A DNA stretch of 64,000 nt from Octopus sinensis. Lineage: Eukaryota. The stretch is taken from the NCBI RefSeq assembly GCF_006345805.1, contig NC_043011.1:43102464-43166463 (forward strand). Reading direction: 5' to 3'. Shown here piece after piece: positions 28,579 to 41,644 of this stretch (its first letter is position 1; every line of letters starts with the position of its first letter). The notes under the pieces were generated by a model, which saw only the letters and a program-made list of their open reading frames with translations, was not told where the DNA came from and ran no database searches. The position numbers and the translations under genes are program-made.

Positions 28579-29115
28579 ACTACCTTTAAAATCAATACAA
28601 TTCTTACCTTGAATCTATAATAGAGATGTTTATCACTGGTATTATTAATGTCTTTCTGTCAACTTTAATCGCGATAATTTTAGAACTATTTGCGCTATAT
28701 CACATCCACAAAATGCTTTTTACACAATTTGGGCTAATCTCGCGTGATGTACTTGAATTCAGCCACGCAAATTATAAAATAGCTAAGCTGTAAATCTTGA
28801 AAATTTACAACAATTGTATTGATTCATTTTTTCACAGTGAAGTTTAAATACCTAGGCAACTATTAAAGGAACAAGATTTGTTACTTGGAAAATATGTTGG
28901 ATGGTTTGAAGAGAAATCGCACAACATTTTTTTCATCTGAAAATACTAACTATTAATTCTTCTGAATTTCCCCAGGGCAGCATAAGAGCCTCGTGTAATT
29001 TCAAAAATTGCTAATGAATTTGCTAGGCAACAATGTATGTGTTCCCAATTCTTATTTATTGGTGTGACTCGGGAACAAAAATGCATGTGATATTTTCAAG
29101 AAAATATTTTCAATA

Positions 29116-29133
29116 GCTACGGTGGTACATATT

Positions 29134-29166
<33 letters not shown>

Positions 29167-29216
29167 GGCCCCTGCGCAAGAATGACACGCAAATTCGTGA
29201 AGCGTTCCATATTTTT
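29116..29216 (+). pseudogene. U6: U6 snRNA pseudogene (retrocopy)
   Basis: ACATATtCTAAAATTGGAACGATACAGAGAAGATTAGCATGGCCCCTGCGCAAGaATGACACGCAAATTCGTGAAGCGTTCCATATTTTT: ACAGAGA box, AGC triad and U-tail are present, with 2 differences from canonical metazoan U6 in this stretch. The 5' stem is decayed and no upstream TATA box is evident. Confidence 0.95.
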
Positions 29217-29221
29217 CTATA

Positions 29222-29411
29222 GGCGCATATAGTTCCATATTTTTCTATAGTGTCTGTGTGGTAAGTAACTTGCTTACGTTGCACATGGTTCGGGGTTCAG
29301 TCCCACTGCCTGGCACTTTGGGCAAGTCTCTTCTACTATAGCCTCGGGCCGACCAAAGCCTTGTGAGTGGATTTGGTAGACGGAAACTGAAAGAAGCCCG
29401 TCGTGTATTGG

Positions 29412-29457
<46 letters not shown>

Positions 29458-29687
29458 TAAGTGTGTATTTATGTTTCTGTTTTTGTCCCCCCCCCGACAT
29501 CGCTTGACAACTGATGCTGGTATGTTTACCTCCCCGTAATCTAGCGGTTCAGCAAAAGAGCCCGATAGAATAAGTACTAGGCTTACAAAGAATAAGTCCT
29601 GGGGTCGATTTGCTCGACTAAAGGTGGTGCTCCAGCATGGCTGCAGTCAAATGACTGAAACAAGTAAAAGAGAGTAAAAAGAGTAAA
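29222..29687 (+). mobile_element. SINE family A, full length, fused directly downstream of U6
   Basis: ggcgca start is interrupted by a 19-bp duplication of the U6 end; complete body and aaaagag tail. Confidence 0.92.
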
Positions 29688-30173
29688 TATCATCTAAATA
29701 GTGTAGGTCTGTAAGAAGTTGTCCAAGTATTGATATCTGGTCGAGAAGGAACCATTTCAATATACCTTTAGAGATACATAGCGATTTTTTCGGAGCATTC
29801 TAGATTTTTTCGGAAATCTATTTTGGTTTAACTTTAATGAAAATGTTACATTTAAGCATTTACGAAGGAATGGTAGAATATTTTCGGATTATGTAGGTCG
29901 TACAATTCTACATTACTCTGTTCTGTTCCTCAGCCAACTCGCTGATGTGACATGAATGAAAATATTTCTATCAATTAAAAATATATGAGCTCAACGTAAC
30001 GCTGAGCTATAATGAGCTGAATGTATAAGTGGTCGCGGTAGTGGATTTTTTGGTAAATTTATCTTTATAGCTAAAATAGTTTCATGATGGGCCAATGCCA
30101 ACTACATATATACATTCATACAAGTATGTATATGTGTGTGGCTTTGTATATGTATATATATATAATATATTAT

Positions 30174-30220
<47 letters not shown>

Positions 30221-30224
<4 letters not shown>

Positions 30225-30475
30225 CGGCGCATTTCTTAGTAGTTAGGGTGCCAGCATCATGATCGTAAGATTGTGGTTTCGATTCCTGGACCGGGCGACG
30301 CGTTGTGTTCTTGAGCAAAACACTTCATTTCACGTTGCTCCGGTCCACTCAGCTGGCGAAAATGAGTAACGCTGCGATGGACTGGCGTCCCTTCCAACTG
30401 GGGAACACATACGCCATGGAAACCGGGAAACCCGGCTCATGAGCCTAGCTACGCTTTAAAAGGGCGCATTTATTT
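30221..30475 (+). mobile_element. tRNA-derived SINE family D (V/Meta-type central domain)
   Basis: B-box ggtttcgattcc, followed by gcgttgtgttcttgagcaaaacact..ctgcgatggactggcgtccc..gaaaccggg. Confidence 0.82.
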
Positions 30476-30554
<79 letters not shown>

Positions 30555-30725
30555 GGGTGAAATTAATTAATTTGGAATAATCATTAATTTTACCAAGTAG
30601 AGTTCGGCATGTAAAAGCCCCATTCAAGGAAGGTATAAGTAATACTAAGTAATTATGGGTTTAGCAACGATTTGCCTCACCACACACCGAATTTAGAAAT
30701 AGCAGTCAAAGAGTTTGGCTATTCT

Positions 30726-30791
<66 letters not shown>

Positions 30792-31112
30792 GTATGTATG
30801 TACGTATGTATGTATATATACACACATACGTAGATACGTATTACAACAATGCACACATACACACACATATACGTTCATGAATACATATATTTATATTCGT
30901 AAAAATATATATACGAATATGTATATGTGGTTATGTGCGCGTGCGCGCGTGCGTGAGTGATGGGTAATACAAAATATATTATTGTTCTAAGAAAAGATAT
31001 CAATCGAGATTCTGAAAAACTAGGTATTTCAGAATCAAAATAAGGGGGGAAAAGGTAGATAGTCGTAAACAAACCGGCATATGCACAAACACATGCTAGA
31101 CACACACACACA

Positions 31113-31220
<108 letters not shown>

Positions 31221-31477
31221 TAAGCACACGCTCCTCTTCCTTGCCCAGGCAAGAGCAAAACAACCGTGTTTTCATGAACGCATGAGCGTGCGGATCTATA
31301 TATGTGTGTGTGAGTGTGTGTGTGTGTGTGTGTTGTGTGTTGTGCGTGCGCGTGTGTGTGTGTATAAGCTTTCGTGAGAGTAGAATGCATGTGGTTATTT
31401 TGCACGTACGGGGAGGCAAAGAGGAGAAGGTGGTTGACTGCAGTATAGGGAAATTATCTAAGGAAAAAAACAGAACA

Positions 31478-31512
<35 letters not shown>

Positions 31513-31852
31513 AGAAAGAAAGAGAGAGACAGAGCGGAAAAACGAGAGATAGAGACCAGTTTGTGTGTGTGTGTGTGAGTTGCACGTGTCTATTTAAGAA
31601 TACATGTACTCTTTTCTTTGGTTACCTTTTTAAAAAGATCATCTCGATTGATAGCTCTTCGTGGAAGATGTTTGATGCATACATATATAGATTTATAGAA
31701 ATGTGCGTGTGCGTGTCCGTGTGTGTGCGTGTGCGTGTGTGTGCGTGTGCGTGTGTGTGCGCGTGCGCGTGTATGTGGGTATTTAAATAAAAAAAACATA
31801 TATAGATCACATACATATGTATATATATATGCATGTGTATATACATAAACAC

Positions 31853-31890
<38 letters not shown>

Positions 31891-32929
31891 TATAATAAGA
31901 TATATATATGTATATTATATATATATGTATACATATCTATATCTATCTATCTATCTATCTTTCTATCTATCTATCTATCTATCTATCTATATATCTATCT
32001 ATTCTATATCTATCTCTCTCTCTCTATATATATATATATAATGCATATGTATATATGTTATTGGAAGCTGAAACTATCAAATCGCTACAGTTTTTCACGA
32101 TTCCTTTATGGAAGAATAAAAACTGGAGCACACGAAATATCTTTATAAAACAGAATGAAAGGTTAGTGTGTGTGTATGTGTATGTATGTATGTGTGTGTG
32201 TCAGTGCGTGTAAGTGCGAGTATGTGTGCGCGTATGCGTGTGTGTATGTGTTAATGTAACTCCCAGATATGTTATTCACAAGAAATCAGTTTTTATCAAA
32301 CAATGTAAAGATTAACATACTAATAGCGTACTTAGGATAATAGAAAACATGCCCCGCCTCAATGCGAAGCCGATGATATAAAGACACATGCACTTGCAGG
32401 TAGGAAAGAGTTGGTCAGGAAAGGGTTGGTCAGGAAAGGGTTGGTCAGGGTGAAGTTGAACCCAAAACTGTATGGTGACGATGTAAAAGGCGCTGTTATA
32501 GAAAAAGAAACATTCACAAAATTAAAAAAGATATTTAATGCTATTTATATAACGCATTATGTACGGTATGACATTTACCAAATGTAATAGACCAAATGGA
32601 CGTAATAGAATATATGACGGACGAACGTCCATATAAAAGAATTAGAATATATGTAAGTGTGAAAAAGTAAAATTGTTAATTGTAAAATGTAAAATGTATT
32701 TTGAACTGGAATATATGTAATTGTGAAATGTATAATTGTATTTTAAACGGAACTGCGAGTTGGGGGTTCGTAAGCCGTTCCATCTCATTATATATAATTC
32801 ATCTTTATTTCATATTTTATTTTTACTTTATGTACCCCACGTACCGTCTTGTAATGTCCCGTCTGAATTAGGGCCATCGTGCCCAGAATAAAGATATAAT
32901 ATAAAGACACATGCACAGTAATTGATGCA

Positions 32930-33510
32930 CTGCGTGCAGTTGCCCGGCTACGACCACAGAGATATGGTCAGTGTGTACAGTTGTGGGAGGTTCTAGAGAA
33001 AAATTCAATATCATAAGTAAGGACGCCATTGGGACCTTTATACAGGGACAAGCAATGGAACAGAGTACAGAGAATTTGTGTAAAGGAAATAAACATGTGG
33101 CATGAGGCATAAATTTCGAGGCATGATGCTTGTAGAGGCTTCTCCTCGTGGGGTGTTAGCCCACGGGTTTAGGAAAGCTCTGAAGAACATTAAAAAAATT
33201 AACATTAAGATCGTTAAGAAATCAGGGAAGTCCATCAAATCACAGCTATGTAAGACATACGCCTTCGACAAGACCTCGTGTACTGAAAGGAACTGTGTGG
33301 TATGTACCTTCAACCCCAGTATTATCTGTAAAATCAGAAATATCGTCAACAACATAAAGTGCACGGAGTGGGGTGTAGGAACCGGAATACAACATACAAC
33401 GGAGAGAATTCTCGAAGTTCAGTAGAGAGACTAAATGCACACCGGCGGGAGTATAATGACCGGAGACAGTCGTCTATAATCTATCACCATCGAAATATCA
33501 ATGTGGCAAC
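32930..33510 (+). pseudogene. Neptune-clade Penelope-like retroelement remnant (RT thumb, Cys linker, GIY-YIG endonuclease)
   Basis: Across frameshifts: GPLYRDKQWNRVQR..W; SPRGVLA..IKIVKKSGKSIKSQL..C...C..C..ICKIRNIV..IKC; YNGENSRSSVERLNAH..Y..S...H (the YIG half-motif). Confidence 0.85.
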
Positions 33511-34338
33511 ATGCTGATCCGAATTTGCATTAATATTTTGTCTAAACACCCGTAAAAAACCCGTTACTTCGACGAATACGCGAGTCTGTTCACATAAATG
33601 AGACACTGCCAATACCGAATATAAAATATGCACACTAGGTCGTAGAACTACACCACCACAATTACCACAAGGTAATATGCATACACGAGTGCGTCTGTGT
33701 TCATGGATGTGCTTGTATAGGCAGGTATATAAAAGCGTAGGGCTACAACGACAGCAGGATGCATGAAAATCTATACAAATAAATACATGTAAATATCTAC
33801 AATTCCAATACATGTCTAGGCGTGCGTATGTGCGCTCGCGTACTTATACCTAGAAAGAGTTAGGTACAGATAAGAGTAGAATAACAGCAGGATACAAAGA
33901 AATCCATACAAATATATAAATACGCATAGCTATGAGCAATTCTAATACACAACCATACACATCCACACGCACATACAAACACGTAAACACACACACAGGA
34001 ACACAAGATGACAGAACCACACCTCAACACATCCCCCCCATACACACAAACACACAGACACAGGCACATACACTAGGCATACACACGTACGCACAGACAC
34101 ACACCACGCATACTCAGATACACATGCAGACACGCACGGTCATACACAAGCACATGCGCACACATGCAAGCAGTCACGTGGTTGTACACACACAGCCATA
34201 CAAGCCATGTACAAGCTCATTTATTCACATAGACAAACTCTTCGCTTATTCTCACTCTTACCTTCTCTTCTAAGCAAATACACATGTACATACACACAAG
34301 CATAAGACAAAATCTCTGACAGACTCAGAGCAGACATT

Positions 34339-34380
<42 letters not shown>

Positions 34381-34846
34381 GATGGGGACGAAAGGTCTTT
34401 GACTAACAAATAACAGATCGATTATTTAACCACCGGCACATTAAACACTTGATCGATTTGCTAGTTGGTTAGATATTTCATTATTTACTAATCATAAAGA
34501 AGTGACATTGAAACAGTGCGTGTGGTGTTTTTATTATTATTATTATTATCATTATTATTAACATTATGACATGATGCCCCTCCAAATATACAACGATATA
34601 TATATATAGAATTGTAGGATAAATTTACATTAATGATTTTTATCAGGTAGTCAGCATTAAATAAAAAATTATAGGTAATTTATATATTAATTTAAATTAA
34701 ATTTATTAATTTATTATTTATATATATATCTAATAATATATATATATATATATATATACACATATGTATGTATATATATATATACATATATACATACTAC
34801 ATACATACATTATATATAATATACATATGTATAATATATATATAGT

Positions 34847-34897
<51 letters not shown>

Positions 34898-34942
34898 ATA
34901 TATATATATAATATATAATAATATATATATATGTGTGTGTTT

Positions 34943-35160
34943 AATACAAAATGGCTGACGGTTAGTAGGGAGAGACACAAATAAGAAAGAAAAAACAAAA
35001 GACCACTGATGCGGTCACAGGGGAGTGTGACGAAAGAACTCTGGCCGAAATAAGATTAAGATTAATGTAAAAAATAAATAACACTGAAGCAAAATAACAC
35101 CAAAATAATAGTGCGTGTGTTTTTATTGGCTAAACTGGCAAAATGACCATTCCTAAATAT
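34943..35160 (+). mobile_element. PLE pseudo-LTR with variant hammerhead (35001-35046)
   Basis: gacca-CTGATGC-g-gtcaca(ggggag)tgtgac-GAAA-gaac-TC-tggcc; flanked by (TA)n; second copy at about 55639-55840. Confidence 0.7.
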
Positions 35161-35402
35161 ATATATATATGAAATAAAGAACTTTCGGATTACAGTTGCA
35201 GTGCGAACTAGAGTATTGTGCGGATACAGGATAGAAAACAGGCTCACGTGCCTAATGCCTGCTGAGGTTGCGATGCAGTACGTTAATCCCACGTTCAACT
35301 GTAAAGTGACTCTTATATAAAAAAAAATTGCTCAGTAGGTAAGCCAAAAGTATGAGACGGTCGGTTCTATTGTCACGTTCTATTGTCACGTTCTATTGTC
35401 AC

Positions 35403-35730
35403 GTTTCTTTATTAGCCACACAGGGCTGCACACAGACGGGACAAATTACAAGGTAGAGCTTTTCTTTTGGGGGTAGAAAAAGGGGGTTTGGTTTTCGATC
35501 AAAAGGGATCGTAAAGGGAAAGAAAGAGGACGAAAAAAGGGGGGAATAAAATAAAAAAAGGGGGGGAGAGGAAAAAAGGGGGAAATGAAAAAAAATTGAT
35601 CAGTAGGGATCGTTATCGCAGAAATGTCAATATGAAGTGTAAAGGGGAGGACAGGTGAGGTTTACCCGTGGAAAGAAAAGCCTACGGAAAAGACCACGGT
35701 AACCTCGGTCAATGAAGTCACATGTTATAT
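35403..35730 (-). mobile_element. Probable LINE 3' UTR, ending ..tgtcccgtctgtgtgcagccctgtgtggctaataaagaaa, followed by 3x13-bp tandem repeat (35364-35402)
   Basis: Polypyrimidine-rich on the minus strand, AATAAA near the end, and the tail resembles the SINE B tail. No ORF is visible to assign a clade. Confidence 0.5.
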
Positions 35731-35778
35731 TTCTTTTTTTTTTTGCAAAATAGTTAGAGAGTTAGAAAGAGGAAGAAT

Positions 35779-35811
<33 letters not shown>

Positions 35812-37296
35812 GTAGAGAGAGACAATAAAAGAGAAATATCTTTTTAATTCCACTGATAGAATGGCTAAGTAGTTTGGCTAATATAAGGGTTGTAAACGGT
35901 TAACAACTAAAACTTCGCCTGATTGCAAGGCGCTTGCTATCCATCCATCCATCCATCCATCCATGCATACCTATATAAAGAAATATATAGAACATCCTTT
36001 CGAATAGAATTATATTTAAATTGCTAATAGACAATCTTGTGATGACCCATTCAGTCATTTTAATAAACACTTCAGTAATTTGAATAGGAAATCACAACCA
36101 CCAACACTTACCCACCTACAGACACACAACCAAACACACACCCAAGCACAAACACACACATACACACACAGATATACACTTACTTATTGACTATATTTGA
36201 CCTCCTTGTAACTCTTAAATTTTGTAATATAATATGGCAATTTCACTGGTTAATTGTTGAAACATTGAAAAACTAGAATCGATTAAGATTCTTAGCTGAA
36301 ATAGCTTAACATTTGAATTCACAGAAACTATGTATGTACGTATGTATGTATGTATGTATGTATGTATGTATGTATGTATGTATGTATGTATGTATGTATG
36401 TATGTATGTATGTTTGTGTGTGTGTGTATGTGTGTGTGTGTGTTTATGTATGTATGTATGTATGTCATTATTCAGTTTTATTTCAAGATATTTTACCAGC
36501 AGGTTTCTAATCTAGATCCAAATTGAACATGAACAAGGTATCTTTGCATGTATTTGTGTGTATATGGGCAGTATTTGGAGTGTATGCATGTATGTATACA
36601 ACTATATAAATGTGAATGCATATATATATATATGTATGTACGTATGTATGCATGCATTCTTACATGCATAAATATACAAACAGGAGTGTATGTGTGTGTG
36701 TGCAGACATACACAAATATATTGTATATCATATTCACTAAAATTTGTAATCAGTTACACACTGAACGGGTTAAATAACAATTTTATGTATATGAAAGTAA
36801 AAGTATATAATTATATTTTCACATAAACTAAAGGATTTGTAATTTTGTTTTTTTCTGGAAGTATATTGGTGAAAGCATCCACAAGGAAATTTTAATATGC
36901 ACAGCACTGCGTGTCAACATTCGAAGTGAGATAAATCTCTATAGTTAACGTAACAACTAACCACCTTCACTGAAAATGATTCCATAACTGACCAATATAA
37001 TTAGCTCTGTCGTACTGAAGACATTTGTACAATGTCGGTGCACCTGATCATCGAATTACGCAACAATGACACAGGCTCACGAATCGACTTGTTGCGAATC
37101 CTAGCGATGGTATTAAATTATACAAATGTGCGTGTGTGTTCATACGTGTATATGCATGTACGCATGAACGTTTTACCCTACAGAAATACAGAATGACAAT
37201 GGTTTTGAAGTTTCGCCAAGAACGGCATGTGAAAAAATATCACACTCTGTTCACAGTAAAATACGAAAGTCACTGTTAACTGTTAGTCTCTCTTTC

Positions 37297-37655
37297 TTAT
37301 TTCTTTATTACCCACAAGGGGCTAAACACAGAGGGGACAAACAAGGACAGACAAACGCATTAAGTCGATTACATCGACCCCAGTGCCTTACTGGTACTTA
37401 ATTTATCGACCCGGAAAGGATGAAAGGCAAAGTCGAGCTCGGCGGAATTTGAACTCAGAACGTAGCGGCAGACGAAGTACCTATTTCGTTACTGCCCACA
37501 AGGGGCTACACACAGAGGAGACAAACGGATTAAGTCGATTACATCGACCCCATGCCTAACTGGTACTTAATTTATCGACCCCGAAAGGATGAAAGGCAAA
37601 GTCGACCTCGGCGGAATTTGAACTCAGAACGTAACGATTCTGCCAGCTTGCCGCC
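37297..37655 (-). mobile_element. SINE family B, one head with two tandem body units
   Basis: Two ~170-190-bp units joined by ..agtaacgaaata|ggtacttcgtctgccg. Confidence 0.9.
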
Positions 37656-37810
37656 TTTATTCTCTGTGCCTGTCCAAAAAAATTTAGATTATGATTCTCT
37701 GTTGAATCATACTATCGCTAATTATTTGCAATTCTTAATTTCAATTCAAAAATCCAACATCAATTATATATACACATACTTACATGTATACGTACACACA
37801 CACAGATACG

Positions 37811-37865
<55 letters not shown>

Positions 37866-38259
37866 CTACTAGTGTATCAGACTTAACGTTAACATTTCGC
37901 AAAGAGCAAATTTACGGAGATAATATTTCTTATGGAATTGCTCCGGTTTAAGACACAACACATATCAGGAGATGAGAAAATTTTCCCTAGCTTTGGCAGG
38001 TGAAAATGCTAGATCGTTAGCCTTTGTCACTACTCACAGACAATCACATTCCACGATAAAATATCATCACCGATATAGGAGAACAGTGATGTAATTTAAA
38101 GCAAGTCCATAAGAGTTATTGTCTTAATAAATGCCGCAGTAAATTAGATTTCAGCGATGTATTTACATTATTTATGAAAAACAGGTGGGTAATTTAATCA
38201 AATATTTGCACATACACATACTGTGAATGTAATGTGTGCATGTACATGTATATATATAT

Positions 38260-38403
38260 ACGTCCCCGTAACTTAGCGGTTCAGCAGAAGAGACCGATAG
38301 AATAAGTGCTATGCTTACAAAGAATAAGTCCTGGGGTCTATTTGCTCGACTAAAGGCGGTGCTCTAGCATGGCCACATTGAAATGACTGAAACAAGTAAA
38401 AGA
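38260..38403 (+). mobile_element. SINE family A, 3' half
   Basis: cgtccccgtaacttagcggttc..aatgactgaaacaagtaaaaga. Confidence 0.88.
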
Positions 38404-38424
38404 ATATGTATGTATGTATGTATG

Positions 38425-38477
<53 letters not shown>

Positions 38478-39019
38478 ATATATAAGACGAAGGCAGGTGG
38501 TGTACAAAACAAACAGATGTATTAGTATAACGCTCAATATATATATATATATATATATATATCACATTATGTGATTATAATGTATGCCAGTGCATTTGTG
38601 TATACATAAATGCTTGTATATGACATATATATGTGTGCGTGTGTGCGTGTCTATGTATGTACGTATGTATGTTTATTCCCGTCTGTGCTTGTGAGTGTCT
38701 CTGTGCACACATATATCTATGTTTAGTTATTCATTTACAAGAATTTCCATGCGCTAAAATTATTACACATTGTTTTAACAAGTTTTAACAAAATTATTAC
38801 CATTACCGTATCTCGTTGTGCCGTTGGTTTCCATAGAAAATAATCTAACCTCAAAGAAATTACAAAAACTATTAATACATATTTTACGAAAAAAATTATC
38901 ATTTAGAATATTAAATGCAATTAAGATAATGAGTAATAATCATTAATTACATTCTATAAAATGATGATCACAAGCCTGGATATTTTCAAAATTATAATGA
39001 TGATGGTGATGACGATGAT

Positions 39020-39079
<60 letters not shown>

Positions 39080-39080
<1 letters not shown>

Positions 39081-39272
39081 GAATAGACAACACATCAGAA
39101 AGCAATGTGTAGAATCTGTGGACAAAATGGTGAAACCGTATGGCATATTACCAGACAATGTGCGCCATTAGCCCAGAAGGAATATGAGATGCCACTGCAA
39201 TATAGCAAGGCTTGTCCATTGGACGCTCTGCAACAAGTATGGACTTGACAGAGCAAAAAATTGGTTCGACGA
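39080..39272 (+). mobile_element. R4/Dong-type LINE fragment (CCHC zinc knuckle) in (AAT)n
   Basis: CRICGQNGETVWHITRQCAPLAQKEY/RCHCNIARLVHWTLCNKYGL..NW; (AAT)n on both sides, the known Dong target repeat. Confidence 0.88.
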
Positions 39273-39314
39273 AATAATAATAATAACATAGATTTGCTCG
39301 TCATTTTTTTTTTT

Positions 39315-39715
39315 ACCTTAACCAGCTGAGTATGTCTCTTAATGACTGACAATATGTGCATCTCTGATCATGAGCAGGGGAAGTGGGGAAACATCATAGC
39401 CGCGTGTTCAGAGGAATTCTTTGGGGTTTGGATAATTCACCTCTGGAAATATAGGTGTTTCGTTCATCATCCTTAAACAACACCTGATTCAGGTACCTTT
39501 TGAGCAGGATGGGCTACTCAACCTGAAGAAAATACTAACTGGGCTCCATCTGCAATATCATGCTCTGTTTAGCTTGATATAAGGTCACCATGTCGCGCAC
39601 ATATGGTTGTGATGTAAGTGCCTAATGTACCCTTATCAGACGTGTAGTCATGATGGGTATATTCGTATATTTGTACCCCAGTGTCAGTTTGATGGCATGC
39701 ATTGCTCTCTCACTC
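39315..39715 (+). repeat. 5'-truncated copy of the 547-bp (AAT)n-tailed element
   Basis: Reverse complement of about 57726-58129; ends ctcactc(aat)n. Confidence 0.85.
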
Positions 39716-39731
39716 AATAATAATAATAATG

Positions 39732-39787
<56 letters not shown>

Positions 39788-40984
39788 CGGGTCGATTTGT
39801 TCAACTAAAACCCTTTAAGGAGGTGCCCCAGCATGGTCGCAGTCAAATGATTGAAACAAGTAAAGGATAAAAGATACAAATTTGAGATGAGTATTTCAGA
39901 AATTAACGCACAATCTACGTGTGAACATTAACGGAGGTCATACTTTAAATCGCTTCACACCAGTGGCAGGAATAATAACAGCCTATAAAGCTGCTGTTAA
40001 GATTTTACGGCCACATTAGTCAAATAACTTGAACAATTCCAATTCCAGTATTCTCACTACTTGTATGTTGCGTAAGACATCGGCAACGTTGCCTGTTGAA
40101 ACAATGTGTTCAACCATCTTATCAAATTAGGCTCGCGTAAAGTGTTTACTGGTGCACCTTAAAAGGCAGCACTTCCACACTTTCCTATTGTGTAAGCATC
40201 ATATATAATTTCGTAGTGACGAAACTACCGGTACAGAATCCGTTCAAATGACTGAAAAATTATCTGTAATAGCCTCATTGTAAAGCAGATATGCGTTGTT
40301 GACAGATGCACCGAAATTAGTTTAATCAGATGTATGCCATCAACACATGTTGTCGAGACCCCCCAAGAGATTGATGTTTTATGTCTGTAGCCGTCAATTT
40401 CTCGTTTAATTTGCACATAAAAATCATAAACATTATATATTCTTGGTGTTGTTTGTATTTCAAACATCGTATTTAAGTGTTATCACAAACTGAATTAACT
40501 AAATCGGTGCGTCCTATCTATTCGATAGTGATTAACTAAGTACAAGATAAGCTGTGATCCATTGTAGAGAGAGAGAGAGACACGAGGTGAAGCTGTCAAT
40601 TTGTACGAGTAAGCTGTTTATATTAACGCTAATTTGAGAAAATTGAAGAACAGGACTAATGTAGAGTTGTCAGTAAAGTATTAAACTCCATTAAAGGAGA
40701 CAAATGATTCGAGTCTGTTGAGAGAACATTTTTTTTCTGTTGTTCTTCAGACTGAAATAGTTGTTTTAAATAACTTATAAAGAGAAAGTATTTATCGTTA
40801 CTGATGTATAAATGTCTGAGTATGTGTATATACACAAACACACACACACACACACACCACACACACACACACAACACACACACACACACACACACCACAC
40901 ACAAAACTCACACACACATACATTTATACATATACCTATGTGTGTATCTATCTATGTATCTATCTATTTATCTGCATACATACA

Positions 40985-41018
<34 letters not shown>

Positions 41019-41366
41019 CATACATACATACATACATACATACATGTGGATGTGTGTGTGTAACGATAATTCTTCTCAACCGGATATCAGTAGTGACAGA
41101 TCAACTCCATACAACGTGACATTCGGTTTCCTTAGAAGTATCAATAATGTTTAAATTTTTTGAATTATAGATTACAGATGAAGTAATAAAGTGATCGTTA
41201 TAAATATTTTTAAATCTTTTAATTAGTATACCAGATATAAGACGCAGTAAGTTTGAGACCGTATCTAACATAATTACTAGTATACTAATACACATTCTTT
41301 CACAAAACAGTTGAGGGCAATGTAAATCTGTGGAGGCGCATATATTAGGACATAGATATTGTATCG

Positions 41367-41553
41367 TATCATCATCATGGCTCGGCTTCGCGAACGAAGA
41401 TCAGGAAGGCTGTCCACGTTGTCTGCAGGCACGCTCATGACTGACAAGTCCGATATAGGAAAGGCAGGTCCGTGAGCAGTGTCCACAGACGAAGGTAACA
41501 TTCAGTGTGGTGTCAAAGGCGGCTCGCGCCTTCCTTCTGTGTCTCTTGTCTTA
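41367..41553 (-). mobile_element. RTE-clade LINE 3' end
   Basis: DKRHRRKAR..FVCGHCSRTCLSYIGLVSHERAC..*, followed by a short cttcgttcgcgaag hairpin and a (TGA)n tail. Confidence 0.85.
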
Positions 41554-41644
41554 GCCAGTTGGAAACGATGTTTCCTGGAACTAAACAACAGTAACAATCG
41601 TCGCTTCCAGGACAGCCACATTATGTTGGCAAATAGCCTTTATA

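Noticed and set aside
29116-29216. Functional U6 gene
   Set aside because: The 5' stem is decayed or truncated, there are internal substitutions, no upstream TATA is evident, and it is fused to a SINE.
32400-32450. 15-bp tandem ggttggtcaggaaag
   Set aside because: A short local duplication with no further structure.
37297-37655. CRISPR-like array or hammerhead retrozyme in the tandem SINE B units
   Set aside because: Eukaryotic SINE units with no unique spacers and no CUGANGA/GAAA core on either strand.
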